DNA of 64,000 nucleotides from an uncultured Clostridia bacterium (GTDB lineage: Bacteria > Bacillota > Clostridia > Christensenellales > Borkfalkiaceae). Both the position numbers and the translations under genes were made by a program. Position 1 is the stretch's first letter. The number at the start of each line of letters is the position of its first letter. The notes below the pieces were generated by a model, which saw only the letters and a program-made list of their open reading frames with translations, ran no database searches and was not told the origin of the DNA. The stretch spans positions 31,273-95,272 of the forward strand of contig CALVUR010000005.1 in assembly GCA_944363645.1 (NCBI GenBank), given 5' to 3'. Below, piece by piece: positions 8,691-16,263 of this stretch.

Positions 8691-8917
8691 AATAAATACC
8701 TCCTGAGATTTACTGCAAAAATTACGTTAAAATTCCCTAAAACTCACACATGGTCGCTTAATAATTAAAAATCAAGTGTTTATATAACATAATTTTTGCT
8801 GGGAAGTATGCGAGAGCAAAAAAAATAAGCACCCACTTTTTCATCTTCTAAGACCTTACGATGAAAAACGGATACTTCCCTTCTACCCGGTGGCAGATAT
8901 TTTTTAATTGTATATTG
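8691..8917 (-). promoter_or_regulatory. Structured ~220-nt 5' leader of pnuC (unclassified)
   Basis: Long-range 9-bp pairing GGGAAGUAU/AUACUUCCC encloses the hairpin UUUUUCAUC-14 nt-GAUGAAAAA and a U8 tract. AGGAGG SD lies before ATG 8690. Confidence 0.35.
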
Positions 8918-8946
8918 ACATTATCATATTATGAATTTGCTGTCAA
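8918..8946 (-). promoter_or_regulatory. Putative pnuC promoter
   Basis: Minus strand reads TTGACA-17 nt-TAATGT (or 16 nt-ATAATG). Confidence 0.4.
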
Positions 8947-8965
8947 CAAATTAACAGTTGTGTAA

Positions 8966-9011
8966 CCAAAAATTATGGCTCAAAACCAACCATATGTGAG
9001 TTTTGAGCCAT
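8966..9011 (-). terminator. Terminator after CNNM/CorC gene
   Basis: 12-bp stem ATGGCTCAAAAC/GTTTTGAGCCAT followed by AAUUUUU on the minus strand. Confidence 0.7.
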
Positions 9012-9016
9012 TTTTA

Positions 9017-10399
9017 TTAGTCTTCGTCATCGTCTGCATCAAGAATCTTCTTTTCAACAATCATTTTTTCGATTCTATGTTCATTGACGACTAAAATTTT
9101 AACTTTAATATATTTGTTTTCACATTCGGCGGTAGTACCGTCTTCAGGAAGTGTACCAAGCATTTCGCAAACGTAACCACCAAATGTTTCGTAATCTTCA
9201 GTGTCTTCTTCAGGAACTTTTAAATTCAAAGTTTCTTCAACTTCGTCAAATGGTGCAAGACCTGTGATTTCCCAAACATTTTCGCTTATATTTTTAATTT
9301 CATATTCGGGCTTATCCCATTTTTCGTTTAAGTCACCTACTAAAAGTTCTAATAAGTCATGTAATGTAACAATACCGTTCATACCACCGTATTCATCAAA
9401 CACAACGGCAAAGTATTCACGAGTGTTTTTCATGCGGTAGAACAAGTCGTCTGCTGGCATTGTTTCAGATACAAACACAGGCGTTGTAATTGCGTTTTTC
9501 TTAACACTTTCTTTAGTCTTATTTTGAAGTCTAAAATAAATTTTGGTATTCAAAACACCAATAACATCGTCGGCATCTTTACCACAAACAGGATAACATG
9601 TGTGTGTAGATTTTTGAATGGTTTCTTCCCAAACGGAAAGGTCATCACGTTCGAATAAAAATTCAACATCCTTACGGTGTGTACAAATCTCGCCAACATT
9701 ATTTTCTTTGAATTCAAAGATGTTTTGAATGAATTCGTTTTCGTTTTCTTCGATAGAGCCTTTTTCAGTCCCTGCTTCAGCCATAAGCAAGATTTCTTCT
9801 TCAGTAACCTCTTCGCCAACGTCGTCAGGTTTGATGCCAAATAGGCGCAAAACAGCGTTTGAAGTAACGGTTAATAACCAAACAAATGGTGCAAAGGCTT
9901 TGGAAACGAAAGTTAATGTACCAGATAAATTAAGGGACAATTTTTCGGCGTTGCGCATTGCGATACGTTTTGGAACGAGTTCGCCAAACACGATTGAGAA
10001 AAAGGATAAAATTAAAGTGATAATAATTGTGCAAACCGTGCTGATTACACCGTAATAGGCTTCACTTATACCAAGTGAGATTAATGAATGCGCAATAGGT
10101 TCAGCAAAGGCGTCAGCAGCAAAAGCAGAACCAAGCAATGATGCCAATGTAATTGCTACTTGAATTGTTGATAAAAACTTTGATGAGTTTTTGGTAAGTT
10201 TGCAAATTCGTTTTGCACGCTTATTGCCGTCTTCGGCGAGTTTTTCCATTTTGGTGGAATTTGACGAGATAACAGCAATTTCAGCACTTGCGAAAATTGC
10301 GTTTAAAGTAATAAGTATAACTTGTAGTACGAGAGCCAGGATTATTTCACCTGCAGTCATAATTTGTTTAGCATATAGTGCGCTTAACTTTGCGCACAT
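9017..10399 (-). CDS. CNNM/HlyC/CorC-family transporter (DUF21-CBS pair-CorC_HlyC)
   Basis: Contains LNAIFASAEIAVIS (DUF21), a CBS pair, and the C-terminal transporter-associated domain. Neither ATG 10399 nor ATG 10360 (MTAGEII...) has a clear SD, so the start is uncertain. Confidence 0.85.
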   Translation of the reverse strand: MCAKLSALYAKQIMTAGEIILALVLQVILITLNAIFASAEIAVISSNSTKMEKLAEDGNKRAKRICKLTKNSSKFLSTIQVAITLASLLGSAFAADAFAEPIAHSLISLGISEAYYGVISTVCTIIITLILSFFSIVFGELVPKRIAMRNAEKLSLNLSGTLTFVSKAFAPFVWLLTVTSNAVLRLFGIKPDDVGEEVTEEEILLMAEAGTEKGSIEENENEFIQNIFEFKENNVGEICTHRKDVEFLFERDDLSVWEETIQKSTHTCYPVCGKDADDVIGVLNTKIYFRLQNKTKESVKKNAITTPVFVSETMPADDLFYRMKNTREYFAVVFDEYGGMNGIVTLHDLLELLVGDLNEKWDKPEYEIKNISENVWEITGLAPFDEVEETLNLKVPEEDTEDYETFGGYVCEMLGTLPEDGTTAECENKYIKVKILVVNEHRIEKMIVEKKILDADDDED

Positions 10400-10579
10400 T
10401 GTGGAAGTATAAACTGTGTATTTTTTATTAGTTTACACTTTTTACGGCACAAAAAAACAACTCTCCTTTAACGCATAAAAGAAAAGTCATAATTCGCAAA
10501 GTCAAGTATTAATCTATACACACATCGGGGTATGCTACTTTGGTGGTCGTCCACTATGCTTAAATCCTCCTATGCATCT

Positions 10580-10608
10580 ATAATATCATATCTATATGAT
10601 TATGTCAA
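10580..10608 (-). promoter_or_regulatory. Promoter of CNNM/CorC gene
   Basis: Minus strand reads TTGACA-17 nt-TATTAT with TG at -15/-14. This leaves a ~180-220 nt leader. Confidence 0.55.
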
Positions 10609-10877
10609 GTAAATTTATAAGCCCTTAATTAGCCACTATAAAGACGAAAATAAAGATATATAAACTAATCAATTAAATATGTTTACGCCCAAAATACGGC
10701 AAATTTAGGCTTTATAATGCGTTTATAGAGAATTAGACTGCGTAAATCGGTTAATTTGCCTTAAAATATCGCTTAAATTTATGCCGTAAACCCCAAATTT
10801 TAACCTATATTTCTTTAAATTTTTACAATTTTGATTTTGCTTGTAAGATAACGGTCTTTCTTAAGTTGCCTTTTTCC

Positions 10878-10915
10878 AAAATCAAAACACCACCACGACC
10901 GAAGTCATGGTGGCT
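10878..10915 (-). terminator. Terminator hairpin, repeat copy 1
   Basis: GCCACCAUGAC-UUCG-GUCGUGGUGGU followed by GUUUUGAUUUU. Confidence 0.7.
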
Positions 10916-11031
10916 ATCAAAATAATACAAACAAAACTGTTAAACGGTGGAAATTACTGTTCTTTGCGAACAGCAAAGTGTCGGCTGATGCCTCGCGCGA
11001 ACCAGCGGTGATGCTCAAGTTGCCTTTTTCC

Positions 11032-11069
11032 AAAATCAAAACACCACCACGACCGAAGTCATGGTGGCT
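11032..11069 (-). terminator. Terminator hairpin, repeat copy 2
   Basis: Same hairpin and U-tract as copy 1. Confidence 0.7.
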
Positions 11070-11185
11070 ATCAACAAAATATAAGCAAAAGTGTTAAACG
11101 GTGGAAATTGCTGTTCTTTGCGAACAGCAAAGTGTCGGCTGACGCCTCGCGCGAACCAGCGGCGATGCTCAAGTTGCCTTTTTCC

Positions 11186-11223
11186 AAAATCAAAACACCA
11201 CCACGACCGAAGTCATGGTGGTG
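11186..11223 (-). terminator. Terminator of tRNA operon (repeat copy 3)
   Basis: Perfect 12-bp stem CACCACCAUGAC-UUCG-GUCGUGGUGGUG plus UUUUGAUUUU, beginning 4 nt after the tRNA-Tyr CCA. Confidence 0.8.
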
Positions 11224-11226
11224 TTT

Positions 11227-11311
<85 letters not shown>

Positions 11312-11315
11312 AAAA

Positions 11316-11390
11316 TGGAGCTGGTGAACGGAGTCGAACCATCAACCTGCTGATTACAAATCAGCTGCTCTGCCATTGAGCCACACCAGC
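11316..11390 (-). tRNA. tRNA-Thr (anticodon TGT)
   Basis: 75 nt, GCTGGTGTGGCTCAATGGCAGAGCAGCTGATTTGTAATCAGC... Anticodon loop is TTTGTAA and CCA is encoded. Confidence 0.88.
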
Positions 11391-11404
11391 ATATATTAAG
11401 TTTG

Positions 11405-11480
11405 TGGTGCCTCGGGGCGGAATCGAACCACCGACACGGGGATTTTCAGTCCCCTGCTCTACCGACTGAGCTACCGAGGC
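11405..11480 (-). tRNA. tRNA-Phe (anticodon GAA)
   Basis: 76 nt, GCCTCGGTAGCTCAGTCGGTAGAGCAGGGGACTGAAAATCCCC... CCA is encoded. Confidence 0.93.
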
Positions 11481-11523
11481 AAACATGTAGCCTAATGCAA
11501 ATTGCATTGGGCTACACAAACTT

Positions 11524-11600
11524 TGGCGACCCGGAAGGGACTCGAACCCTCGACCTCTAACGTGACAGGCTAGCGTTCTAACCAGCTGAACTACCGGGCC
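11524..11600 (-). tRNA. tRNA-Asp (anticodon GTC)
   Basis: 77 nt, GGCCCGGTAGTTCAGCTGGTTAGAACGCTAGCCTGTCACGTTAG... CCA is encoded. Confidence 0.93.
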
Positions 11601-11611
11601 ATATTCTATTA

Positions 11612-11688
11612 TGGTGGGCCTTCACGGACTCGAACCGCGGACCGATCGGTTATGAGCCGACTGCTCTAACCAACTGAGCTAAAGGCCC
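11612..11688 (-). tRNA. tRNA with CAT anticodon (Met or lysidine-Ile2 type)
   Basis: 77 nt, GGGCCTTTAGCTCAGTTGGTTAGAGCAGTCGGCTCATAACCGAT... G1-C72 pairs and there is no GGG/CCC anticodon stem, so it is not an initiator. It resembles the Bacillus tRNA-Ile(CAU) as I remember it. Confidence 0.85.
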
Positions 11689-11698
11689 TTAAAAAGAT

Positions 11699-11774
11699 TG
11701 GTCGGGGTGACGAGACTCGAACTCACGACCTCATGGTCCCAAACCACGCGCGCTACCAACTGCGCCACACCCCG
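11699..11774 (-). tRNA. tRNA-Pro (anticodon TGG)
   Basis: 76 nt, CGGGGTGTGGCGCAGTTGGTAGCGCGCGTGGTTTGGGACCATG... CCA is encoded. Confidence 0.92.
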
Positions 11775-11797
11775 TAGGGTTTAAACAATGCTTATAC

Positions 11798-11826
11798 ATA
11801 ATATAATAAATGTAAAACATTGTCAA
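11798..11826 (-). promoter_or_regulatory. Promoter of 6-tRNA operon
   Basis: Minus strand reads TTGACA-17 nt-TATTAT, ~24 nt upstream of tRNA-Pro. Confidence 0.6.
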
Positions 11827-11951
11827 GCATTTTAGCCGAAATTTTTAAAATTATTGGGAATTTTTTAAAAATATTTTTTGAAAACCGTATTTAGATAAAA
11901 TAAGTGGGCATTCAAAACCGAACACCCACTTTTTACAATCTAAATTAAGCC

Positions 11952-14051
11952 TTATTTGTTGAGAAGTTCTGCGATAGATGCGCCACCGAAGTCGCTATCT
12001 TTCCATTCATGAACTTCACCATCATCGGCGATGGGTCTTTCACGTCTTTTATTTCTCTTAGGTTTTTCTTCGCCTTCTTCTTGTTCTTGTTTTTCACGTC
12101 TTGGCTTATTAGTAGCTTCAGGTTGTGGTAAGCAAGCCTTAATAGAAAGCGTAATTTTTTCTTTTTCGTAATCGATTGAGATGATTTTAGCGGTAACTTC
12201 ATCACCAACTTTCAAACCTTCGGTTGGTTTTTCAAGCCATTCGTGTGAAATTTGAGAAATGTGAACTAAACCGTCAACACCTTTTTCTATTTCAACGAAA
12301 ACGCCGAAATCAACGATTCTTACGATCTTGCCGGTGATAACATCACCAACAGAATATTTGCCAGGAACTGCTTCCCATGGGCGTGGTTGAAGTTGCTTAT
12401 AACCGATAGAAACTTTCTTTGTTTCTTCGTCGCACTTTAATACCTTGAATTCGTATTCTTTATTGATTTCCAAAACTTCAGCAGGGCTCTTTACGCCTGT
12501 CCAAGAAAGGTCAGAGATGTGTGCTAAGCAATCGAAACCATTAACTTCAACGAAAGCACCGAATGAAGCAAATCTAACAACTTTACCTTTAACGATGTCG
12601 CCAGTGTGAACTTCGCTAAAGAAAGCAGCTTCTTTTTGAGCCTTTTCAGCTTCTTTTTGAGCCTTTTCTGCTTCTAAAACTACTCTTTGAGAAGCAACGA
12701 TTTGTTTTCTTCTTTCAGCGGTTTCAACTCTTTCAGCTTTAACCCTTAAAGTTTTACCAACGTATTTATCTAATTCTTTAACAAAACCGATTCTAATTTG
12801 AGAAGACGGAATGAATACACCGTAAGTGCCATATCTCGCGGTCAAGCCACCTTTATTTGTACCATCGATAGTAACGGAAAAGATCTTGCCGTTTTTAATT
12901 TCTTCGATTTCTTTTTCTTCTTCTGCTAATGCCCTAATAGCCTTTTCAGAGAGAAGGACAGGGTTAAGACCAATGATAAGGACTTCAATTTCTTCGCCTA
13001 CTTTAGATGCATAATCTGCTTTGTTGTACTTTTCACAGTCGAGCTCTTCTTTAGGCAGAAGGATTTCCTTTTTGGTATTTTTGATGTACAAAGCTAAACC
13101 TTCATCCGTAGCAGAAGAAATAGTTGCTACTATTTTTTGCCCCTTCTTAAATTTTTGTTGGCCATCTTCTAATTTGGCAACAGCTTCTTCCATCTCGTTT
13201 ACAGTTTTAACTTCAGTAACTACTTCTTCCATTTTTGAGAAAACCTCCATTGATTGTTCGGGAGGAGTCGATGCCCCCGACACAATACCTACCTTTAAAA
13301 AATTAACATACTTTGATGCGTCAAATGTTTTTGTATCACTTACGAAAAATGCGTTTTTTGAATATTTTGATGAAATGTCGTAAAGTTTTTTGGTGTTGCT
13401 TGAACTTTTATCACCCACGACAATCATTGCGTCGCATTTTTTAGCGAGTTGGACTGTTTCCCTTTGACGCTCCCTTGTAGTATAACAAATAGTTTTAAAA
13501 ACTTCAACTGTTTTAATGTAATTTTTTTTAAAAAAGCTTAAAAAAATATCAAATTTTGCTTCGTTACAGGTTGTTTGAGCGACAATACACACTTTTTCGT
13601 GCTGATTAAAGTCATATTTTTGGTCAAACTCGTCAAAAATCAATGGTTTTTGAGTTTCATCCACCCAACCAATAATTCCTTTTACTTCCGGGTGATTTTT
13701 ATCGCCAACAATGACAATTTGGTAACCTTTTTTAGAATATTCTTGGACAATTTGGTGTATTTTTGCGACAAAAGGACAAGTGCAATCGACAACATTTATA
13801 CCACGATTTCTAAAGTCTTCAATTTGACTTTTTGTTGTCCCGTGTGAACGAATTATGACTGTACCAGACTTAACTTCTAAAGGGTCGTCAACAATTTTTA
13901 AACCCATGCTTAAAAGTTCGTCATTCACAAGTTTATTGTGAACCAATTCGCCGTAAATATAAACGTTTTCGCCGGCTAAACTTTTGGCTTGTGAAACAGC
14001 CCTTTTTACCCCCATGCAAAAACCGTTATTTTTTGCAAGAATTACTTTCAT
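11952..14051 (-). CDS. ispH: Bifunctional 4-hydroxy-3-methylbut-2-enyl diphosphate reductase (IspH/LytB) / ribosomal protein S1-domain fusion
   Basis: The N-terminal ~280 aa are IspH (NNGFCMGVKRAV, three conserved Cys). The C-terminal part carries four S1 OB-fold repeats and a K/E-rich tail. Confidence 0.9.
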   Translation of the reverse strand: MKVILAKNNGFCMGVKRAVSQAKSLAGENVYIYGELVHNKLVNDELLSMGLKIVDDPLEVKSGTVIIRSHGTTKSQIEDFRNRGINVVDCTCPFVAKIHQIVQEYSKKGYQIVIVGDKNHPEVKGIIGWVDETQKPLIFDEFDQKYDFNQHEKVCIVAQTTCNEAKFDIFLSFFKKNYIKTVEVFKTICYTTRERQRETVQLAKKCDAMIVVGDKSSSNTKKLYDISSKYSKNAFFVSDTKTFDASKYVNFLKVGIVSGASTPPEQSMEVFSKMEEVVTEVKTVNEMEEAVAKLEDGQQKFKKGQKIVATISSATDEGLALYIKNTKKEILLPKEELDCEKYNKADYASKVGEEIEVLIIGLNPVLLSEKAIRALAEEEKEIEEIKNGKIFSVTIDGTNKGGLTARYGTYGVFIPSSQIRIGFVKELDKYVGKTLRVKAERVETAERRKQIVASQRVVLEAEKAQKEAEKAQKEAAFFSEVHTGDIVKGKVVRFASFGAFVEVNGFDCLAHISDLSWTGVKSPAEVLEINKEYEFKVLKCDEETKKVSIGYKQLQPRPWEAVPGKYSVGDVITGKIVRIVDFGVFVEIEKGVDGLVHISQISHEWLEKPTEGLKVGDEVTAKIISIDYEKEKITLSIKACLPQPEATNKPRREKQEQEEGEEKPKRNKRRERPIADDGEVHEWKDSDFGGASIAELLNK

Positions 14052-14236
14052 AAAAGTTTCCTTTTGACAGAATTTTCCTAATAATACGAGCCAAAAATTA
14101 GGCTCAAAAAATTATAAATTTATACACTGAAAATAAAAAATTTGACCCTTAAATTTAAACTTAAAAGGTCAAAATTTCTTATGGTAATTTTTACCAAAAA
14201 AGTTGTTTATAAACTGCTAAATTTAATAAGAAAAAT

Positions 14237-14899
14237 TTAGGCATCTTCATTAATAATTGACAAGATTTTTTCAACAACTTCACTAACGGTCATATTTGAT
14301 GTATCAATTAAAATTGCATCGTCTGCTTGTTTTAATGGTGCAATTTTACGATGACTATCGTTATAATCACGCTTAATCATTTCTTGTAAAAGTTGTTCAT
14401 AGTCAACTTGTTGACCTTTTTCAGTCAATTCGTTAAAACGCCTTCTTGCCCTAACTTCGCTTGTAGCGGTGATAAAAAATTTGTATTTAGCGTGTGGTAA
14501 AACGACCGTACCGATATCTCTACCATCTAAAATACAAGGATTTTCAGCAGCAACTTTGCGTTGCATTTCAACCATTTTTTCCCTGACAATCGGTAATGAC
14601 GAGATATTTGATGACATTAAAGAAACCTTGTTATCACGAATTTTTAATGAAACATCTTCGCCATCCAAAATGGTTTTTTGACCACCATTTTCATATTTTA
14701 TAACTAAATCTATATCGCTGATAAAGCCTTTAACAGCATCTTCATCTAAACAGTCAATATTTCTTTTAAGTGCTTCAAGCGCACAAGCACGATACATTGC
14801 GCCGGTATCTAAATGCAAAATATCGAGTTTTTTCGCCAAAATGCCAGCAACGGTACTTTTACCGCTACCACTTGGCCCATCGAGTGCAATATTTAGCAT
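14237..14899 (-). CDS. cmk: Cytidylate kinase
   Basis: IALDGPSGSGKSTVAGILAKKL...LDTGAMYRA P-loop and CMP-binding motifs. 220 aa. Confidence 0.9.
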   Translation of the reverse strand: MLNIALDGPSGSGKSTVAGILAKKLDILHLDTGAMYRACALEALKRNIDCLDEDAVKGFISDIDLVIKYENGGQKTILDGEDVSLKIRDNKVSLMSSNISSLPIVREKMVEMQRKVAAENPCILDGRDIGTVVLPHAKYKFFITATSEVRARRRFNELTEKGQQVDYEQLLQEMIKRDYNDSHRKIAPLKQADDAILIDTSNMTVSEVVEKILSIINEDA

Positions 14900-14922
14900 A
14901 TTTTCTCCTTTTTTTTCATCAA

Positions 14923-16140
14923 TTACAAATTACTACCCGCTTTAACGCCCGTTGCAAAAGCAATTTGAAGGTTATAACCACCCGTTAAAGCATCTACATC
15001 TAAAACTTCGCCAGCAAAATACAAACCTTTTACAAGTTTGCTTTCCATGGTTTTTGGGTTTACTTGATCAACACATACACCGCCAGCAGTAACAACTGCT
15101 TGTGTAAAGGGGCAAAGCCCATCATAGTCAAGCGTAAAATGTTTGATTAGATAAAGTATTTTTCTTCTTTCTTCACGTGTAATTTCATTATTGCGCTTAT
15201 TTTCTTTTATACCGCTTCTTTCAATAATAATAGGAATTAAACTTGATGGCAAAAGTTTGTTTAAAGAATTTTTGAGTTCCCTATTTTTAAGTTCGTCAAA
15301 ATCTCTTAAAATGCGTGCATCTAAAGTTTCTTCATCAAGTGCAGGCTTTAAATCTATCCACATTTTAATTTTTTTGCTGTCAAGCCTATTGATTTTACTT
15401 GAAGCCGTTAAAACAACCGGACCTGATACACCTTGATGAGTAAACAAAAGTTCACCAAACTCTTGAACGATCCGCTTGTCATTATATTCAATATTTAAAG
15501 TAACATTTTTTAATGTAAGCCCAGATAAATCTGTGCAATAATTTCCCTTTATTTTAAAAGGAACTAATGCTTGTACAGGGTTTACAACCTTATGCCCTAA
15601 ATTGCGGGCAAATTTATATCCGTCCCCCGTGCTACCGGTAGAACTATACGATATACCGCCGGTCGCCAAAATAACTTTGTCGCAACTATAATCGCCTAAA
15701 TCTGTCGAAACGCCCGTTACTTGACCATTTTCAACCAAAATATCTAAAACTGTTTGGTTAAGTTTGACATCAACATTGACAGTTTTAAGCATATTTGACA
15801 AGGTTTTTATAACGTCGCTTGATTTGTCGGAAACGGGAAAAACACGATTACCCCTTTCAGTTTTTAGTGGTAAGCCATTTGCTTCAAGTAAAGCCATTAA
15901 ATCCGCTGGGGTGAATCCATAAATTGCACTTGATAAAAAGCGTGGGTTGGAAATTACATTTTGAAAAAAGTCGTTGACATCACAGTTATTTGTAACATTG
16001 CAACGCCCCTTGCCCGTAATATAAAGTTTTTTACCAAGTTTTTCGTTTTTTTCAATTAAAATAGTTTGGTCGCCATAAATTGCGGAATAGTATGCAGCAA
16101 TCATTCCGGCAGGTCCGCCACCTATAACAATAGTTGTCAT
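14923..16140 (-). CDS. NAD(P)/FAD-dependent oxidoreductase, HI0933/YhiN (BaiN-like) family
   Basis: Start moved to ATG 16140 (GGAGGAAGT SD). Contains MTTIVIGGGPAGMIAA dinucleotide fold, and the C-terminal ...YFAGEVLDVDALTGGYNLQIAF is typical of the family. Confidence 0.85.
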   Translation of the reverse strand: MTTIVIGGGPAGMIAAYYSAIYGDQTILIEKNEKLGKKLYITGKGRCNVTNNCDVNDFFQNVISNPRFLSSAIYGFTPADLMALLEANGLPLKTERGNRVFPVSDKSSDVIKTLSNMLKTVNVDVKLNQTVLDILVENGQVTGVSTDLGDYSCDKVILATGGISYSSTGSTGDGYKFARNLGHKVVNPVQALVPFKIKGNYCTDLSGLTLKNVTLNIEYNDKRIVQEFGELLFTHQGVSGPVVLTASSKINRLDSKKIKMWIDLKPALDEETLDARILRDFDELKNRELKNSLNKLLPSSLIPIIIERSGIKENKRNNEITREERRKILYLIKHFTLDYDGLCPFTQAVVTAGGVCVDQVNPKTMESKLVKGLYFAGEVLDVDALTGGYNLQIAFATGVKAGSNL

Positions 16141-16263
16141 ACTTCCTCCTTTACGCTTCCTAATTTTGCTAAACAATAATATAGCAATAAAAATTGTAAC
16201 TTTACCCATTAAACCCGACAAAAAATAAATTACTTGATGTCGGGTTTTGGTATTTAAGTTTTA

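Larger units (their letters stand above)
10863..11226 (-). repeat. 154-bp tandem repeat, ~2.4 copies, abutting tRNA-Tyr 3' end
   Basis: Units start at 10863, 11017 and 11171 (partial). Units 1 and 2 differ at a handful of positions, mostly in the AT-rich part. Confidence 0.9.

Noticed and set aside
8691-8917. TPP / FMN / NAD+ riboswitch before pnuC
   Set aside because: There is no CUGAGA...ACCUGAUCUGGAUAAUGCCAGCG-type TPP core, FMN core or tandem nadA domains recognisable by eye. The CUGCCACCGGGUAGAAGGGAAG stretch is only superficially TPP-like and is in the wrong position.
10400-10580. M-box (Mg2+) or yybP-ykoY riboswitch before the CorC-family gene
   Set aside because: I could not find the conserved cores I remember for either class, and the leader is shorter than an M-box. 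It is kept only as an unclassified leader.
11011-11097. 28-codon ORF (MLKLPFSKIKTPPRPKSWWLSTKYKQKC) inside the tandem repeat, + strand
   Set aside because: There is no convincing SD. The next copy reads on into the antisense of tRNA-Tyr, so the peptide is not conserved between units. It is not hydrophobic like type I toxins.
10863-11226. Tandem repeat as a possible CRISPR array
   Set aside because: The period is 154 bp with near-identical full units and no repeat/unique-spacer alternation. No cas genes are present, and each unit is a terminator-containing block.
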